Positions 9,770 through 18,706 of a DNA stretch of 64,000 nt are shown one piece after another. Positions within the stretch are counted from its first letter, which is position 1. Each line of letters begins with the position of its first letter. The DNA lies in the NCBI GenBank assembly GCA_965214935.1, contig CBDCCS010000010.1, positions 64,001 through 128,000 on the forward strand, given 5' to 3'. Origin of the DNA: Candidatus Velthaea sp. (GTDB taxonomy: Bacteria; Vulcanimicrobiota; Vulcanimicrobiia; Vulcanimicrobiales; Vulcanimicrobiaceae). A program made the position numbers and the translations under genes. Under the pieces are notes generated by a model. It saw only the letters and a program-made list of their open reading frames with translations, was not told where the DNA came from and did not search any database.

Positions 9770-10777
9770 GTGAATGCAACGTGCATCGTTGTCGATCTCG
9801 GTGGTACGTTTTTACGTTGCGGCCTCATTGCCGAAGATGAGGCGCTCGTTGCCGTTGAACGCTTCCGGCTTCCAGGCGACGCTTCTTCGCGTACGGAAAC
9901 TATCTGGCCTCAAATTGTGGACGCCATTGCCGGCTATGCTGCACGCCATCGCGCGAAGATGTCGCTATCTGCACCAATTGCGTTCGCATTTCCAGGGCCG
10001 ATCGCAAGTGGAAGGGTTACGGTCGCTCCAACCGTACGCGGCGGTAGTTTTGCACTACCCGACATTCGCGCGATGTTGGCAGACCGTACGCGGCGCGACG
10101 TCGCGCTCATCAATGACGTATCCGCCGCCGCATGGTATTTCGGCGGGCGCTTCACCGCCGAACGCTTTGTCGTCGTCACCATAAGTAGCGGCGTCGGTGC
10201 AAAGATCTTCGATCGACGGCATCCGCTCGGGGTGTTGGATGATGTTCCCTCGGCTGGAGAGATCGGCCACCTCGTTGTTGATCCTCGCCGCGCAGCGCCG
10301 CTGTGCGATTGCGGAGGACGCGGACATCTCGGCACGTTTGCATCGGCACGCGGCTTCGAGCGAGGAGCACGACTCGCGGCGACGCGTGATCTCAATGCGT
10401 TCGCACACTCGGCGGCCGCATTGCAATTCGGGGCAACCACCGCAACGCTAAATAACGAAGCCCATCTCGTACCCGCGGTGCAGGCGGACGATCCGTGGTC
10501 ACTTTCGCTATTACGCGAATCGATTCGACCATTAGCGATTGTCGTTCGGACACTCTGCGTCGGCAGCGGCTTAGACGGCATCGTCCTGATGGGTGGTTTC
10601 GTGCAGGCGCTCGGAGAGCGCTACCGCGTGCCGTTTGAAGAGGCGATGTTTAGCCATTCCGACGTGGGCCCGGCGCGGACCAACGGGCAGATGTCGATCG
10701 TGATAACCCGTCCGGGCGAAGAGCCATCGTTAAGTGGTGCGGCGGCATTTCTGCGGCGTAAAGCATTCGCTGCATGA
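9770..10777 (+). CDS. ROK-family kinase, C7-cyclitol 7-kinase (ValC/AcbM)-like
   Basis: DLGGT, NDVSAAAW, GEIGH..CDCGGRGHLG; adjacent to the cyclase. Confidence 0.8.
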   Translation: MNATCIVVDLGGTFLRCGLIAEDEALVAVERFRLPGDASSRTETIWPQIVDAIAGYAARHRAKMSLSAPIAFAFPGPIASGRVTVAPTVRGGSFALPDIRAMLADRTRRDVALINDVSAAAWYFGGRFTAERFVVVTISSGVGAKIFDRRHPLGVLDDVPSAGEIGHLVVDPRRAAPLCDCGGRGHLGTFASARGFERGARLAATRDLNAFAHSAAALQFGATTATLNNEAHLVPAVQADDPWSLSLLRESIRPLAIVVRTLCVGSGLDGIVLMGGFVQALGERYRVPFEEAMFSHSDVGPARTNGQMSIVITRPGEEPSLSGAAAFLRRKAFAA

Positions 10778-11979
10778 GAACCGCAATTGTCGGCGGCAGC
10801 GCGCAAAGTACTCCGGCGCTATTTGACACCGCTTGGGCACTCGGTACACCGCAATTTTCGTTTGAGATCATTGGCCGTTCCCAATCGCGGCTCGCGGCAG
10901 TCCGTCGCGCAATCGAGTGCGTTGCGCTTGAGCGCGAGTTCGCCGTTGATTGTCGGATCGCGACCGTTGATATGCTCGACGCAGCGATCGAAGTAGCCGA
11001 TGTCGTACTGGTTCAATTGCGAGCCGGCGGCTATCCCGCGCGCGCTTACGATGAGACGTTTCCACATCGCTACGGACTTTGCGGCGATGAAGGTTTAGGT
11101 GTCGGTGGCCTTGCAGCAGCTTGGCGAACATGGAGTGAGCTTCGACCGATATTGTCGACCATTGCTCGCCGTAATCCGGGCGCCCGTGTTATTCTCCTTA
11201 CATCTCCAATTGGTATTCTCACCCGCTGCGCACGCAGCGCGTTTCCATCGCTTAGCGTGTTCGGAATCTGCGAACTGCCTTGGACAACCCTGACGCGACT
11301 TTGCGCAAACGCGAGCGTCGATGCCGCGGCGGCGACCTATTCCTATGCTGGAATCAATCACCTTGGCTGGTTTTCCGATGTGCGTGCCGGCAGCCGAACG
11401 ATCGTTACAGCGCAAGATATATACCCGCTTAAATACGTTCGGCTCAACGATGCTCCGGCCGACGTCTTGAGCGAACAGCTTGCGGCCGTTCCGCGCGGAC
11501 GCGAACTTGCGGACATGGCGTCGGACGCTTTTGCCACATATAAAAACGGCTCACCGACCGATGTGCTTGCAGCGGTGCGACGCCGCGAAACACCATGGTA
11601 CGCACATGCTGTCGCTCCGCTGCTGCGATCGTTCGCGGGCGACGACACCGGCGTGTCATTTTTCTTAACCGCCAAGAACGCTGGGTATCATCCGCGTTTC
11701 GACGACGATGATGTCGTTGAAATGCCGTTTATCGTACGCAATGGAAAACTCGAACGGGTTCGTCCGAAGGCTTGGCAGCGTGACGATATCGCCGACACAC
11801 TTCTGCGGCTCATCAACTACGAACGTCAAGCTGCGCAGGCGGTGCTTTCGGGCAACATTTCAACGTTACGGACGGCGCTACGCGCGCATCCTTGGCTCGA
11901 CGGTCATGCCGTGACCGATCAGCTTGTCGCAGATGTTGTTGCGCCGGCAGCAACCGCTTGGGCAACGTCTTCACGATAA
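10774..11979 (+). CDS. Divergent family 4 glycoside hydrolase (NAD+/Mn2+-dependent)
   Basis: IVGGS..TP, QLRAGG..DE..GDEGLGVGG, GICELP, GINHL. Confidence 0.8.
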   Translation: MRTAIVGGSAQSTPALFDTAWALGTPQFSFEIIGRSQSRLAAVRRAIECVALEREFAVDCRIATVDMLDAAIEVADVVLVQLRAGGYPARAYDETFPHRYGLCGDEGLGVGGLAAAWRTWSELRPILSTIARRNPGARVILLTSPIGILTRCARSAFPSLSVFGICELPWTTLTRLCANASVDAAAATYSYAGINHLGWFSDVRAGSRTIVTAQDIYPLKYVRLNDAPADVLSEQLAAVPRGRELADMASDAFATYKNGSPTDVLAAVRRRETPWYAHAVAPLLRSFAGDDTGVSFFLTAKNAGYHPRFDDDDVVEMPFIVRNGKLERVRPKAWQRDDIADTLLRLINYERQAAQAVLSGNISTLRTALRAHPWLDGHAVTDQLVADVVAPAATAWATSSR

Positions 11980-12956
11980 TAGGCAACCACGTCTTCGATC
12001 GTTCGAGTGATGGAAAAGCTCGCCGCATAGCCAAGCCCCGAGAGCTTACTGATATCGGCGTAAGCGCGTGGAACGTCGGCTGAGCGGACATAACGCTCAA
12101 TGAGTTGTACGTGACCTTCGAGATGCGCCGCGCTCAGCGTGAGGCGTAAAATATCAGCAATTGCCGTTTCAGTACCACTCGCGATGTTGTACGTTTCGCC
12201 TGGCACGCCGCTTTCGGCAAGCCGGTCTATCGCCTGCGCGACGTCGCGAACGTCGATGAAATCACGGGTTGGTTGGAGATCGCCGATCGTTAAAACCGCC
12301 GGCGTTTCGCCGCGCTGAATCGCTGTCGCTTGCGCGGCGAACCGGCCGCAAACATGCCGTTCGTCCTGGCCGGGTCCGGCAATATTAAAGATGCGCGCAA
12401 TGATCAGCGGAATCTTCACCTCGGCGGTCAGCAATCGTGCGACCATCTCCGCTGCAAACTTACTTAGCGCGTAAGGTTCGTACGGCGCACAACGTCTATC
12501 TTCGCTTAGCGGTAGGCAATCGGGAACACCGTAGACCGAGCCGCTCGAGCCGAGAATGAGCCGTGGTTTGTTCGAAAGCGTCGTAATCGCACGTACAAGG
12601 GCGGCGGTTCCCGCAACATTCGCCGCGACCAGCACGTTTGCCGCATCGTCGCGCAGCGCCGCCGCTAAGTGAACAACGACGTCCGCTTCGCTCGTTCTCA
12701 GCAGTTGCGCTAAGTAAGCTTCGTCGCTTAAATCACACGCCATATACTGGTAACGCGCGCGGTCGAAGGTGCGTAGCTCGGGCGGCAACGGTGCCGGAAC
12801 GGGCCGATCTCGCCACGTAATCCGGTGCGTGAATGACGTATCACATTCGGGCGAGCGTCCGATTCCAACTACGACCGCCTGCGGATTTCGTAACAGCTGA
12901 GCGCACAGAAACTTGCCCGCGAAGCCTTGCGCACCGGTAACGACGTAACGCATCAT
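11919..12956 (-). CDS. NAD-dependent epimerase/dehydratase/reductase (extended SDR)
   Basis: VTGAQGFAG, SSGSVYG, YALSK, RIFNIAGPGQ, RDFIDVRD. Confidence 0.9.
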   Translation of the reverse strand: MMRYVVTGAQGFAGKFLCAQLLRNPQAVVVGIGRSPECDTSFTHRITWRDRPVPAPLPPELRTFDRARYQYMACDLSDEAYLAQLLRTSEADVVVHLAAALRDDAANVLVAANVAGTAALVRAITTLSNKPRLILGSSGSVYGVPDCLPLSEDRRCAPYEPYALSKFAAEMVARLLTAEVKIPLIIARIFNIAGPGQDERHVCGRFAAQATAIQRGETPAVLTIGDLQPTRDFIDVRDVAQAIDRLAESGVPGETYNIASGTETAIADILRLTLSAAHLEGHVQLIERYVRSADVPRAYADISKLSGLGYAASFSITRTIEDVVAYYREDVAQAVAAGATTSATS

Positions 12957-13885
12957 TTTACCGCAATGCTGGTCGAAAGCATGTCGCGCAGTCCGGCTTC
13001 GAGTGCGATGCGCGGTTCCCAGCCGAGTTCACGCAGCGCTAAACGACGATCGGCGACAAGGCGCAAGATTTCCGAGTTTCCGGGCCGCCTTGCGTCATGA
13101 TCTTCTTCGACTGCGCGTGCCGTCCCGGTGATTTGAACGGCGAGCTGCGCGAGGCTCAAGACACTGGTTCCGACGCCTGATCCGATATTGATTGCGACCG
13201 TAGCGCGTCGCGGCACATGAGCTGCCGCGACAATTGCTCGCGCGACGTCATCGACGTGACAATAGTCGCGTACTGGGCGCAGGTCCGCAAGCCGCAACGA
13301 ACCGATGTTATCGAGCTGCTTGAAGATCGCCGGTATAAGCGCGTGTTGGCCCATTCCCGCGCCATAAACGGAGAACGGTCGAACGATTGTCGTCCCGCGT
13401 TGACATGCGTAATCGAAGGCTCTCACCATCTGCTCGGCGCCGATCTTAGCCGCAGCATATGGCGAACGAGCTTCGAGCCGATGCGATTCATCAACGGGAT
13501 CGGTTTCTGGCCGCCCATAAACCTCGGCCGACGACACATACACGATCTGCTTGACACCAACTTCACGGCAAGCATCGAGAACCGCCGCCGTTCCGCCCGT
13601 GTGAGCATTCACGAATTCTACCGGCGCTGTAAATGACGCCCTGACGGACGGAGGGCCAGCCAAGTGAATGACGGCGTCGACGCCATTAAATAGGGACAGT
13701 AAAACGGAGCGATCGGTAATAATCGCTCGGACGTCTCGAGCGAGATTGCCGGGCGACGAAATCTGCTCGCCGGGAGGACCAACCAGTGCATGAACTTCGC
13801 AGCCCAGCCGGGATAAGGCACGACAAACGGCCGAACCGATAAAGCCGCCGGCGCCCGTGACGGCCACTCGCTGTAACTCGATCAT
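12953..13885 (-). CDS. NAD-dependent epimerase/dehydratase (extended SDR)
   Basis: VTGAGGFIG, SSAEVYG, SPYAAAK, RDYCHVDD. Confidence 0.9.
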   Translation of the reverse strand: MIELQRVAVTGAGGFIGSAVCRALSRLGCEVHALVGPPGEQISSPGNLARDVRAIITDRSVLLSLFNGVDAVIHLAGPPSVRASFTAPVEFVNAHTGGTAAVLDACREVGVKQIVYVSSAEVYGRPETDPVDESHRLEARSPYAAAKIGAEQMVRAFDYACQRGTTIVRPFSVYGAGMGQHALIPAIFKQLDNIGSLRLADLRPVRDYCHVDDVARAIVAAAHVPRRATVAINIGSGVGTSVLSLAQLAVQITGTARAVEEDHDARRPGNSEILRLVADRRLALRELGWEPRIALEAGLRDMLSTSIAVK

Positions 13886-15096
13886 TGCGCCCGACCTGCG
13901 GCGGCTTCCTCAAATACATTTTGCATGCGTTGCAAAAGATGATCGCGCGTATAGCCGTCAAGGTAACGTGCGCGCGCCGCCGCACCGAGTTTCTGCGCCG
14001 TGTCCGGGTTGTCGAGGAGACGAATAACGCCGTCTGCTACGGCGTCGGCCCGACCGACCGGCACAACAATGCCGGTTCGATCGTGTAGCACCAAATCGGG
14101 GATGCCGGCGTGGTTGGACGCAACGACCGGCCGACCCAGCGACATGCCTTCGAGGATGGTGTTGGGCAGCGAGTCTTGCGTTGTCGGATGCACTTGAATG
14201 TCGACCGCCTGCCAAACGTCGCCGATCTCGCCACGATACGACGTCACGATCACCCGGTTAGCAACACCAAGCGCTTCGGCATGCGCACGAAGAACATCCG
14301 CGTAACCGGGCTGCGGGCGCTCGAACCCCACCAATAAAAATGTCACATCCGGATGGCGCGCTAAGATTTGCGGCGCTGCATCAATGACGACGTGCTGCCC
14401 TTTACCATGAGAAAGAGCGGCGATTTGTGCGACGACGCGGGTGCTCTTGCGGGGCCGCAGTCCAAGTATGTGACGAACATCGTCTTCCGTATGCTGTATT
14501 ACCGGCGGCGGCGGGCCGTTGGGAATAACACGTACGCGCCAGCGCCGATTCGCGGCCATCCAAGACGCAATCTCAGCGGCAACGGTGCTCGAATCGGTGA
14601 TTACCGCTGCAGCTTGATTGAGGGTGAAGCGGTGCAGCAGTTTCCAAAGCCATCGCGGCTCCCAGATCTCGCTGACGTTATACGTGGTAAGGATACTCGG
14701 GATGCCGGTGACGATGCCGGCAAGCGCTCCGGCAAGGTAGCCGGCGGGATGATGACCATCGATAACATCGACGTTTTCACGCTTGACATAGCGCGCGATC
14801 TTTGAGACAGTGCCGATCAGCGAGCCAACGCGAAACAGGTGTCGGCGAATGTCGTTGCCCGACAGACCTTGCGTTACACGCGGGACACTCAAATCGACGA
14901 TCGGAAAACTCGCCTGCTCGAATTTACTTTGCATGTTTCCGAGCCGGCGATCGAACTCCGGATCGTTCGGACGAATGGTTGCGATTCGCAAGTCGAAGCG
15001 GTCTCGATCGATACCTTGCGCGATTTGTAGGACGCGATTTTCATCTCCGCCATACGGAAAGCCGTCGAGGATACTAAGAATGACGCACTTGTTCAT
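13882..15096 (-). CDS. Glycosyltransferase family 4 (GT-B)
   Basis: GGDE, KGQ, DSLPNTILEGMSLGRPVVAS..GIPD. Confidence 0.9.
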   Translation of the reverse strand: MNKCVILSILDGFPYGGDENRVLQIAQGIDRDRFDLRIATIRPNDPEFDRRLGNMQSKFEQASFPIVDLSVPRVTQGLSGNDIRRHLFRVGSLIGTVSKIARYVKRENVDVIDGHHPAGYLAGALAGIVTGIPSILTTYNVSEIWEPRWLWKLLHRFTLNQAAAVITDSSTVAAEIASWMAANRRWRVRVIPNGPPPPVIQHTEDDVRHILGLRPRKSTRVVAQIAALSHGKGQHVVIDAAPQILARHPDVTFLLVGFERPQPGYADVLRAHAEALGVANRVIVTSYRGEIGDVWQAVDIQVHPTTQDSLPNTILEGMSLGRPVVASNHAGIPDLVLHDRTGIVVPVGRADAVADGVIRLLDNPDTAQKLGAAARARYLDGYTRDHLLQRMQNVFEEAAAGRAQ

Positions 15097-15866
15097 GATG
15101 CGATTCCAATCGCGCCAGAGCGCACGAGCCGATCGGCTCGCGCTAATGCATCTGCATCGTTGACGTCAATCCAATTTGCGTTATGCTCGTATGCTGCCAC
15201 TGACAGTCCGGCTGCTAAGACAGTATCGAAAAACTCCGCAGCTCCGACCGGACGTCGCGCGGGTATCAGCGCAGCGGCTGCGTGACCGACGACAAATAAG
15301 CCGCTCGAGACGCGCACCTTCCGGACGGGCTTTTCTTGATACGATCGGACGTGCCCGCGATCTATCTCAAGTTCGCCGAAGGGGTTGCGCAGCTCCCAAA
15401 CGTGTGTGGCAACGGTCAACGAAGCTGCTGTCTCACGATGCCGCGCGAGCAAGTCGGGTAAAGCGATCGATGTAAGGTTGTCGGCGAATAGCACGATCAT
15501 GTCGCGTAGCCCATCCGTAACGGCTCCGACGGCGCCGATATTGCCAAGCGGCTCGGTTTCGATAAACGTTGTTATCCGGCCGCTGAATTGCCGCGCGAGT
15601 GCCGTACCACGACTGCTAATATAATGGCCGATCGCGGGTTCGCTTTTAGAAATAACGACGACGATCTCATCGATACCCGACAAAAATAACGCGAGCAGAT
15701 TGTACTCGAGTAATGGGACGCCCGCTACTTCGACTAAGGCCTTATGAACAGGTCCGTTCGTCGCGCGCATCCGCGATGAGCGGCCGCCCGCCATGATCAC
15801 GCCGCGGACATGTTCTAATGGTCGAGCGTCGGGTGCCTTTGCGGCCGCTGAGATTGACACGATCAT
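15093..15866 (-). CDS. Sugar-phosphate nucleotidyltransferase
   Basis: GVIMAGGRSSRM..HKAL, ETEPLGNIGA, EKP, WIDVND. Confidence 0.9.
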   Translation of the reverse strand: MIVSISAAAKAPDARPLEHVRGVIMAGGRSSRMRATNGPVHKALVEVAGVPLLEYNLLALFLSGIDEIVVVISKSEPAIGHYISSRGTALARQFSGRITTFIETEPLGNIGAVGAVTDGLRDMIVLFADNLTSIALPDLLARHRETAASLTVATHVWELRNPFGELEIDRGHVRSYQEKPVRKVRVSSGLFVVGHAAAALIPARRPVGAAEFFDTVLAAGLSVAAYEHNANWIDVNDADALARADRLVRSGAIGIAS

Positions 15867-16070
15867 ACGTTAATGCTGATTGGTTCACGACGTCAGTGGC
15901 AGAGGGGCATACCCCTGAGGACATCTTTCCTTCTTCTGCATTTTTATTGAGTAATCGTGAATCTACATACGAATCAAAGCGAAGGGCTACGCCTTCGTTC
16001 GACCTTACTTCGGATTCGAATTCTGCATTTGTATGAAAATAACAAACCCTGCGCTTTTGGAATGTAGCGT

Positions 16071-16809
16071 TCACTCACGACCCGAAGTTGCGGCAGCAGC
16101 CGCCCAAAAATTCGGCTCGACGTCGCCCGTTTCGAGTAATGTTTTTAGGCCCGACAACACCGCCGGCCAGCCGAACGTGATGCTGTTAAGCCGCTCGGAC
16201 TCCGGTTCAAGATTTTCGTGGGTTACGGTCAACCGCACGGATTTATCGAGCGGTTCGACATCGTAAGTAACACGCGAGCATTGTGCCGCATCGCCGGCCC
16301 CGCCCGGTGAGGCCCATGACACCACAAGACGCCGCGGCGGGTCATTTTCAAGCACGGTGCCTTCAATGTCGACATCGGTAAGCGTTTGCGGGCTTGCCGC
16401 TGCCGCTGAGCCGTCGGTCTTGATGCCGTGTTTCGCTGCACCGGCGAAGTCGATAATTGTATCGATGCGCTCGCTTGCGATCCCAATATCGTGTGCCAGA
16501 TCGAGATAGTCGCCACCAAAGAGATCGATGAACGCGTCGATACCGTGCGGCGCTGCCGCCTTCAGACGATCGGCTAGGCCATCACCATAGGCGATTTGTT
16601 CGACGTCGACGGAGCGGAGAAACTCGGCGTTCTCGTCACTTGCGATCCCGAGAACGCGCGCCCCGGCTCGTTGCGCGAGCTGAACTGCAAGTGAGCCGAC
16701 TCCGCCGGCCGCGCCGCTGATTGCTACGACGTCACCGGCTGTCAAGCGCACTGCGCGCACCGCGCCGACCGCCGTCGTCGCAGTAACGAAAAGGCTGCCG
16801 GCCCGGAAC
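16071..16809 (-). pseudogene. Chimera: central MDR oxidoreductase fragment fused in frame to an SRPBCC C-terminal half
   Basis: FRAG..SPQTLT aligns with the 21553-22524 product and DVDIEG..PNFWAA aligns with the 17748-18224 product. The native 5' end is missing. Confidence 0.8.
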
Positions 16810-17298
16810 ATGCGCATAGATAACACGACCTCGTCCAAATTGCAACAAAACGATACGTTTGCGGACGTGCTCGCGACGCCGGGTCACCTGATCACCCTAG
16901 CTGCACGTGGCTTTGCGCGTTTGAGCGAGGCTCGTCTAAAACCGCTAGGGTTCGGCATCGGGCACCTGCCGGTTCTGGTCGCCCTTCAAAGCGGTCGTGC
17001 AAACACGCAACGTGATTTGGCGCGCTTCGCGCAAATCCGACAGCCGCCCATGGCGCAAATGCTTGCTCGCATGGAGCGTGACGGGCTCATTGAACGCAAA
17101 GCGGACCCTGACGACGGACGCAGTAGCCGTATCGTTTTGACGGAGGCCGCGCGATCACGCCTGCCGGAGGCCATCGCGACGCTGTTCCGCGGCAATCACG
17201 ATGCGGTAGCGGGATTCACGGACGAGGAGATCGCGCAACTCGTCGGTTGGCTCGACCGACTCATTACGAACCTAAACCGGCTCACCGCTACGCCTTAG
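16810..17298 (+). CDS. MarR family regulator (copy 2)
   Basis: Same length (489 nt) as 5592-6080, with shared segments DVLATPGHLI and LKPLGFGIGHLPVLVALQSGRA. Confidence 0.9.
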   Translation: MRIDNTTSSKLQQNDTFADVLATPGHLITLAARGFARLSEARLKPLGFGIGHLPVLVALQSGRANTQRDLARFAQIRQPPMAQMLARMERDGLIERKADPDDGRSSRIVLTEAARSRLPEAIATLFRGNHDAVAGFTDEEIAQLVGWLDRLITNLNRLTATP

Positions 17299-17384
17299 CA
17301 ATGCGCTTGGACGGCTGAGACAAATCATCAGAGGTCGTGAATATGGTGAGGAAGCCGGACGAACGCTATTTGCTACCGAGGCCT

Positions 17385-17601
17385 TAAGCGGTAATGATAT
17401 CTATTCATGTTCGTCCGAGCTGATCCGAGCAGCGATCGATCGTATATTCGTGCTGCAGTAGATCTGTTCGAAGGTTCGCGATGATGATAGTGATGGCACT
17501 GCAACAGGTCCGCGCAAATAGTCGCATGTTATGAGGCGTCGCCCGTCTTGAATCGGGTCGCTCCAGCTAAAACGATTCAGACACTGTTTTCTCGAGTCGA
17601 T
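17385..17601 (-). pseudogene. 3' remnant of a Uma2 gene paralogous to 6874-7092
   Basis: Collinear nucleotide similarity (catgttcgtc, cagcgatcgat, tgttcgaaggt, ggtccgcgca, ttctcgagtcgat). Confidence 0.75.
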
Positions 17602-17747
17602 TCACTTCTTACGACCGTTGCGGGCAAGACCGCGTTAGTAATAAACGCCCTTTTAACGATTCGTGGACTCGGAGGCTCGCGCTTGTTGATTGGTGACCGC
17701 GAGCGCTTGTAACGAGCATGTGGTGAGTGCGGTAATCGCAATTCTCG

Positions 17748-18224
17748 TCACGCATCGCTCGCAGCCGCAGCACGTGCCGCCCAGAAGTTCGGCTGAACGT
17801 CGCCTGTTTCGAGCAACGTCTTTAGACCTGAAAGCACGGCCGGCCAGCCGAACGTAATGCTGCGCAGTCGGTCGGATTCGGGCTCGAGGTCTTCGTGCGT
17901 CACGGTCAGGCGCACCGTTGTTTCGAGCGGTTCGAGATCGTAGCTGACGCGCGAGCACTTCGCCGGATCGCCGGCCTCGCCGGGCGATGCCCATGATACG
18001 ACGAGGCGCCGCGGCGGATCGTTTTCGAGCACGGTTCCCTCGATATCAACATCGTTTGCATCGTCGTAATCTTCCATGCGCCACGCCGAACCGACGTGCC
18101 AGTCTGAGAGATTGCGGTGGTTGGCCCAGTAGCGACGTGTTAATTCAGGATCGATCAGCGCATTGAAAAGCTTGTCGGGTGTCGTCACGATGTACGTGAC
18201 GTAAACGAAAGACGGCTTACTCAT
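17748..18224 (-). CDS. SRPBCC (AHA1-like) family protein
   Basis: FVYVTYIVTTPDKLFNAL..YW..GWPAVLSGLKTLLETG. Confidence 0.9.
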   Translation of the reverse strand: MSKPSFVYVTYIVTTPDKLFNALIDPELTRRYWANHRNLSDWHVGSAWRMEDYDDANDVDIEGTVLENDPPRRLVVSWASPGEAGDPAKCSRVSYDLEPLETTVRLTVTHEDLEPESDRLRSITFGWPAVLSGLKTLLETGDVQPNFWAARAAAASDA

Positions 18225-18537
18225 CAGATGAAACATCCTCCAGAATGCTTTTGAGGTCGCGCAGCGCGCGCAGTCGTTGTCGCTCGAACTTACCGATCCA
18301 GCGCTCCGCAATTTCCGCAATCGGCACCGGATTCAAATAGTGCAGCTTCTCCCGTCCGCGCCAAACACTCGCCACGAGGTTGGCCTCTTCGAGCAGCGCG
18401 AGATGCTTTGAGACTGCCTGCCGTGTCATGTCAAGGTTCGTACAGAGAGCGGCCAGCGTTTGACCGTTCTCGCGATACAGCGCATCGAGTAGTTCGCGCC
18501 GGCTCGGATCCGCGAGTGCCTTGAACGCCCGGTCCAT
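18217..18537 (-). CDS. ArsR family regulator
   Basis: FKALADPSRRELLD..MTRQAVSKHLALLEEANLV..GREKLHYLN. Confidence 0.9.
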   Translation of the reverse strand: MDRAFKALADPSRRELLDALYRENGQTLAALCTNLDMTRQAVSKHLALLEEANLVASVWRGREKLHYLNPVPIAEIAERWIGKFERQRLRALRDLKSILEDVSSDE

Positions 18538-18558
18538 GCTCCGCGTCCCCACCGCTCG

Positions 18559-18588
18559 ATCATACGCAACTATATGGTTGCATGTCAA
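18559..18588 (-). promoter_or_regulatory. Sigma70-type promoter with a palindromic operator in the spacer
   Basis: Minus strand TTGACA-N18-TATGAT; GCAAC-N6-GTTGC at 18566-18581. Confidence 0.7.
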
Positions 18589-18706
18589 GTGCGCTGCTCT
18601 TGGTCATTTGGCGAAATGACGGTTCTGCAGCCCATTCAATGTCGACGCATGCCGATTCGCCGGATTCAGGATTAAGATCGCCGGGCAAACAGCCGGCGCA
18701 AACTCG

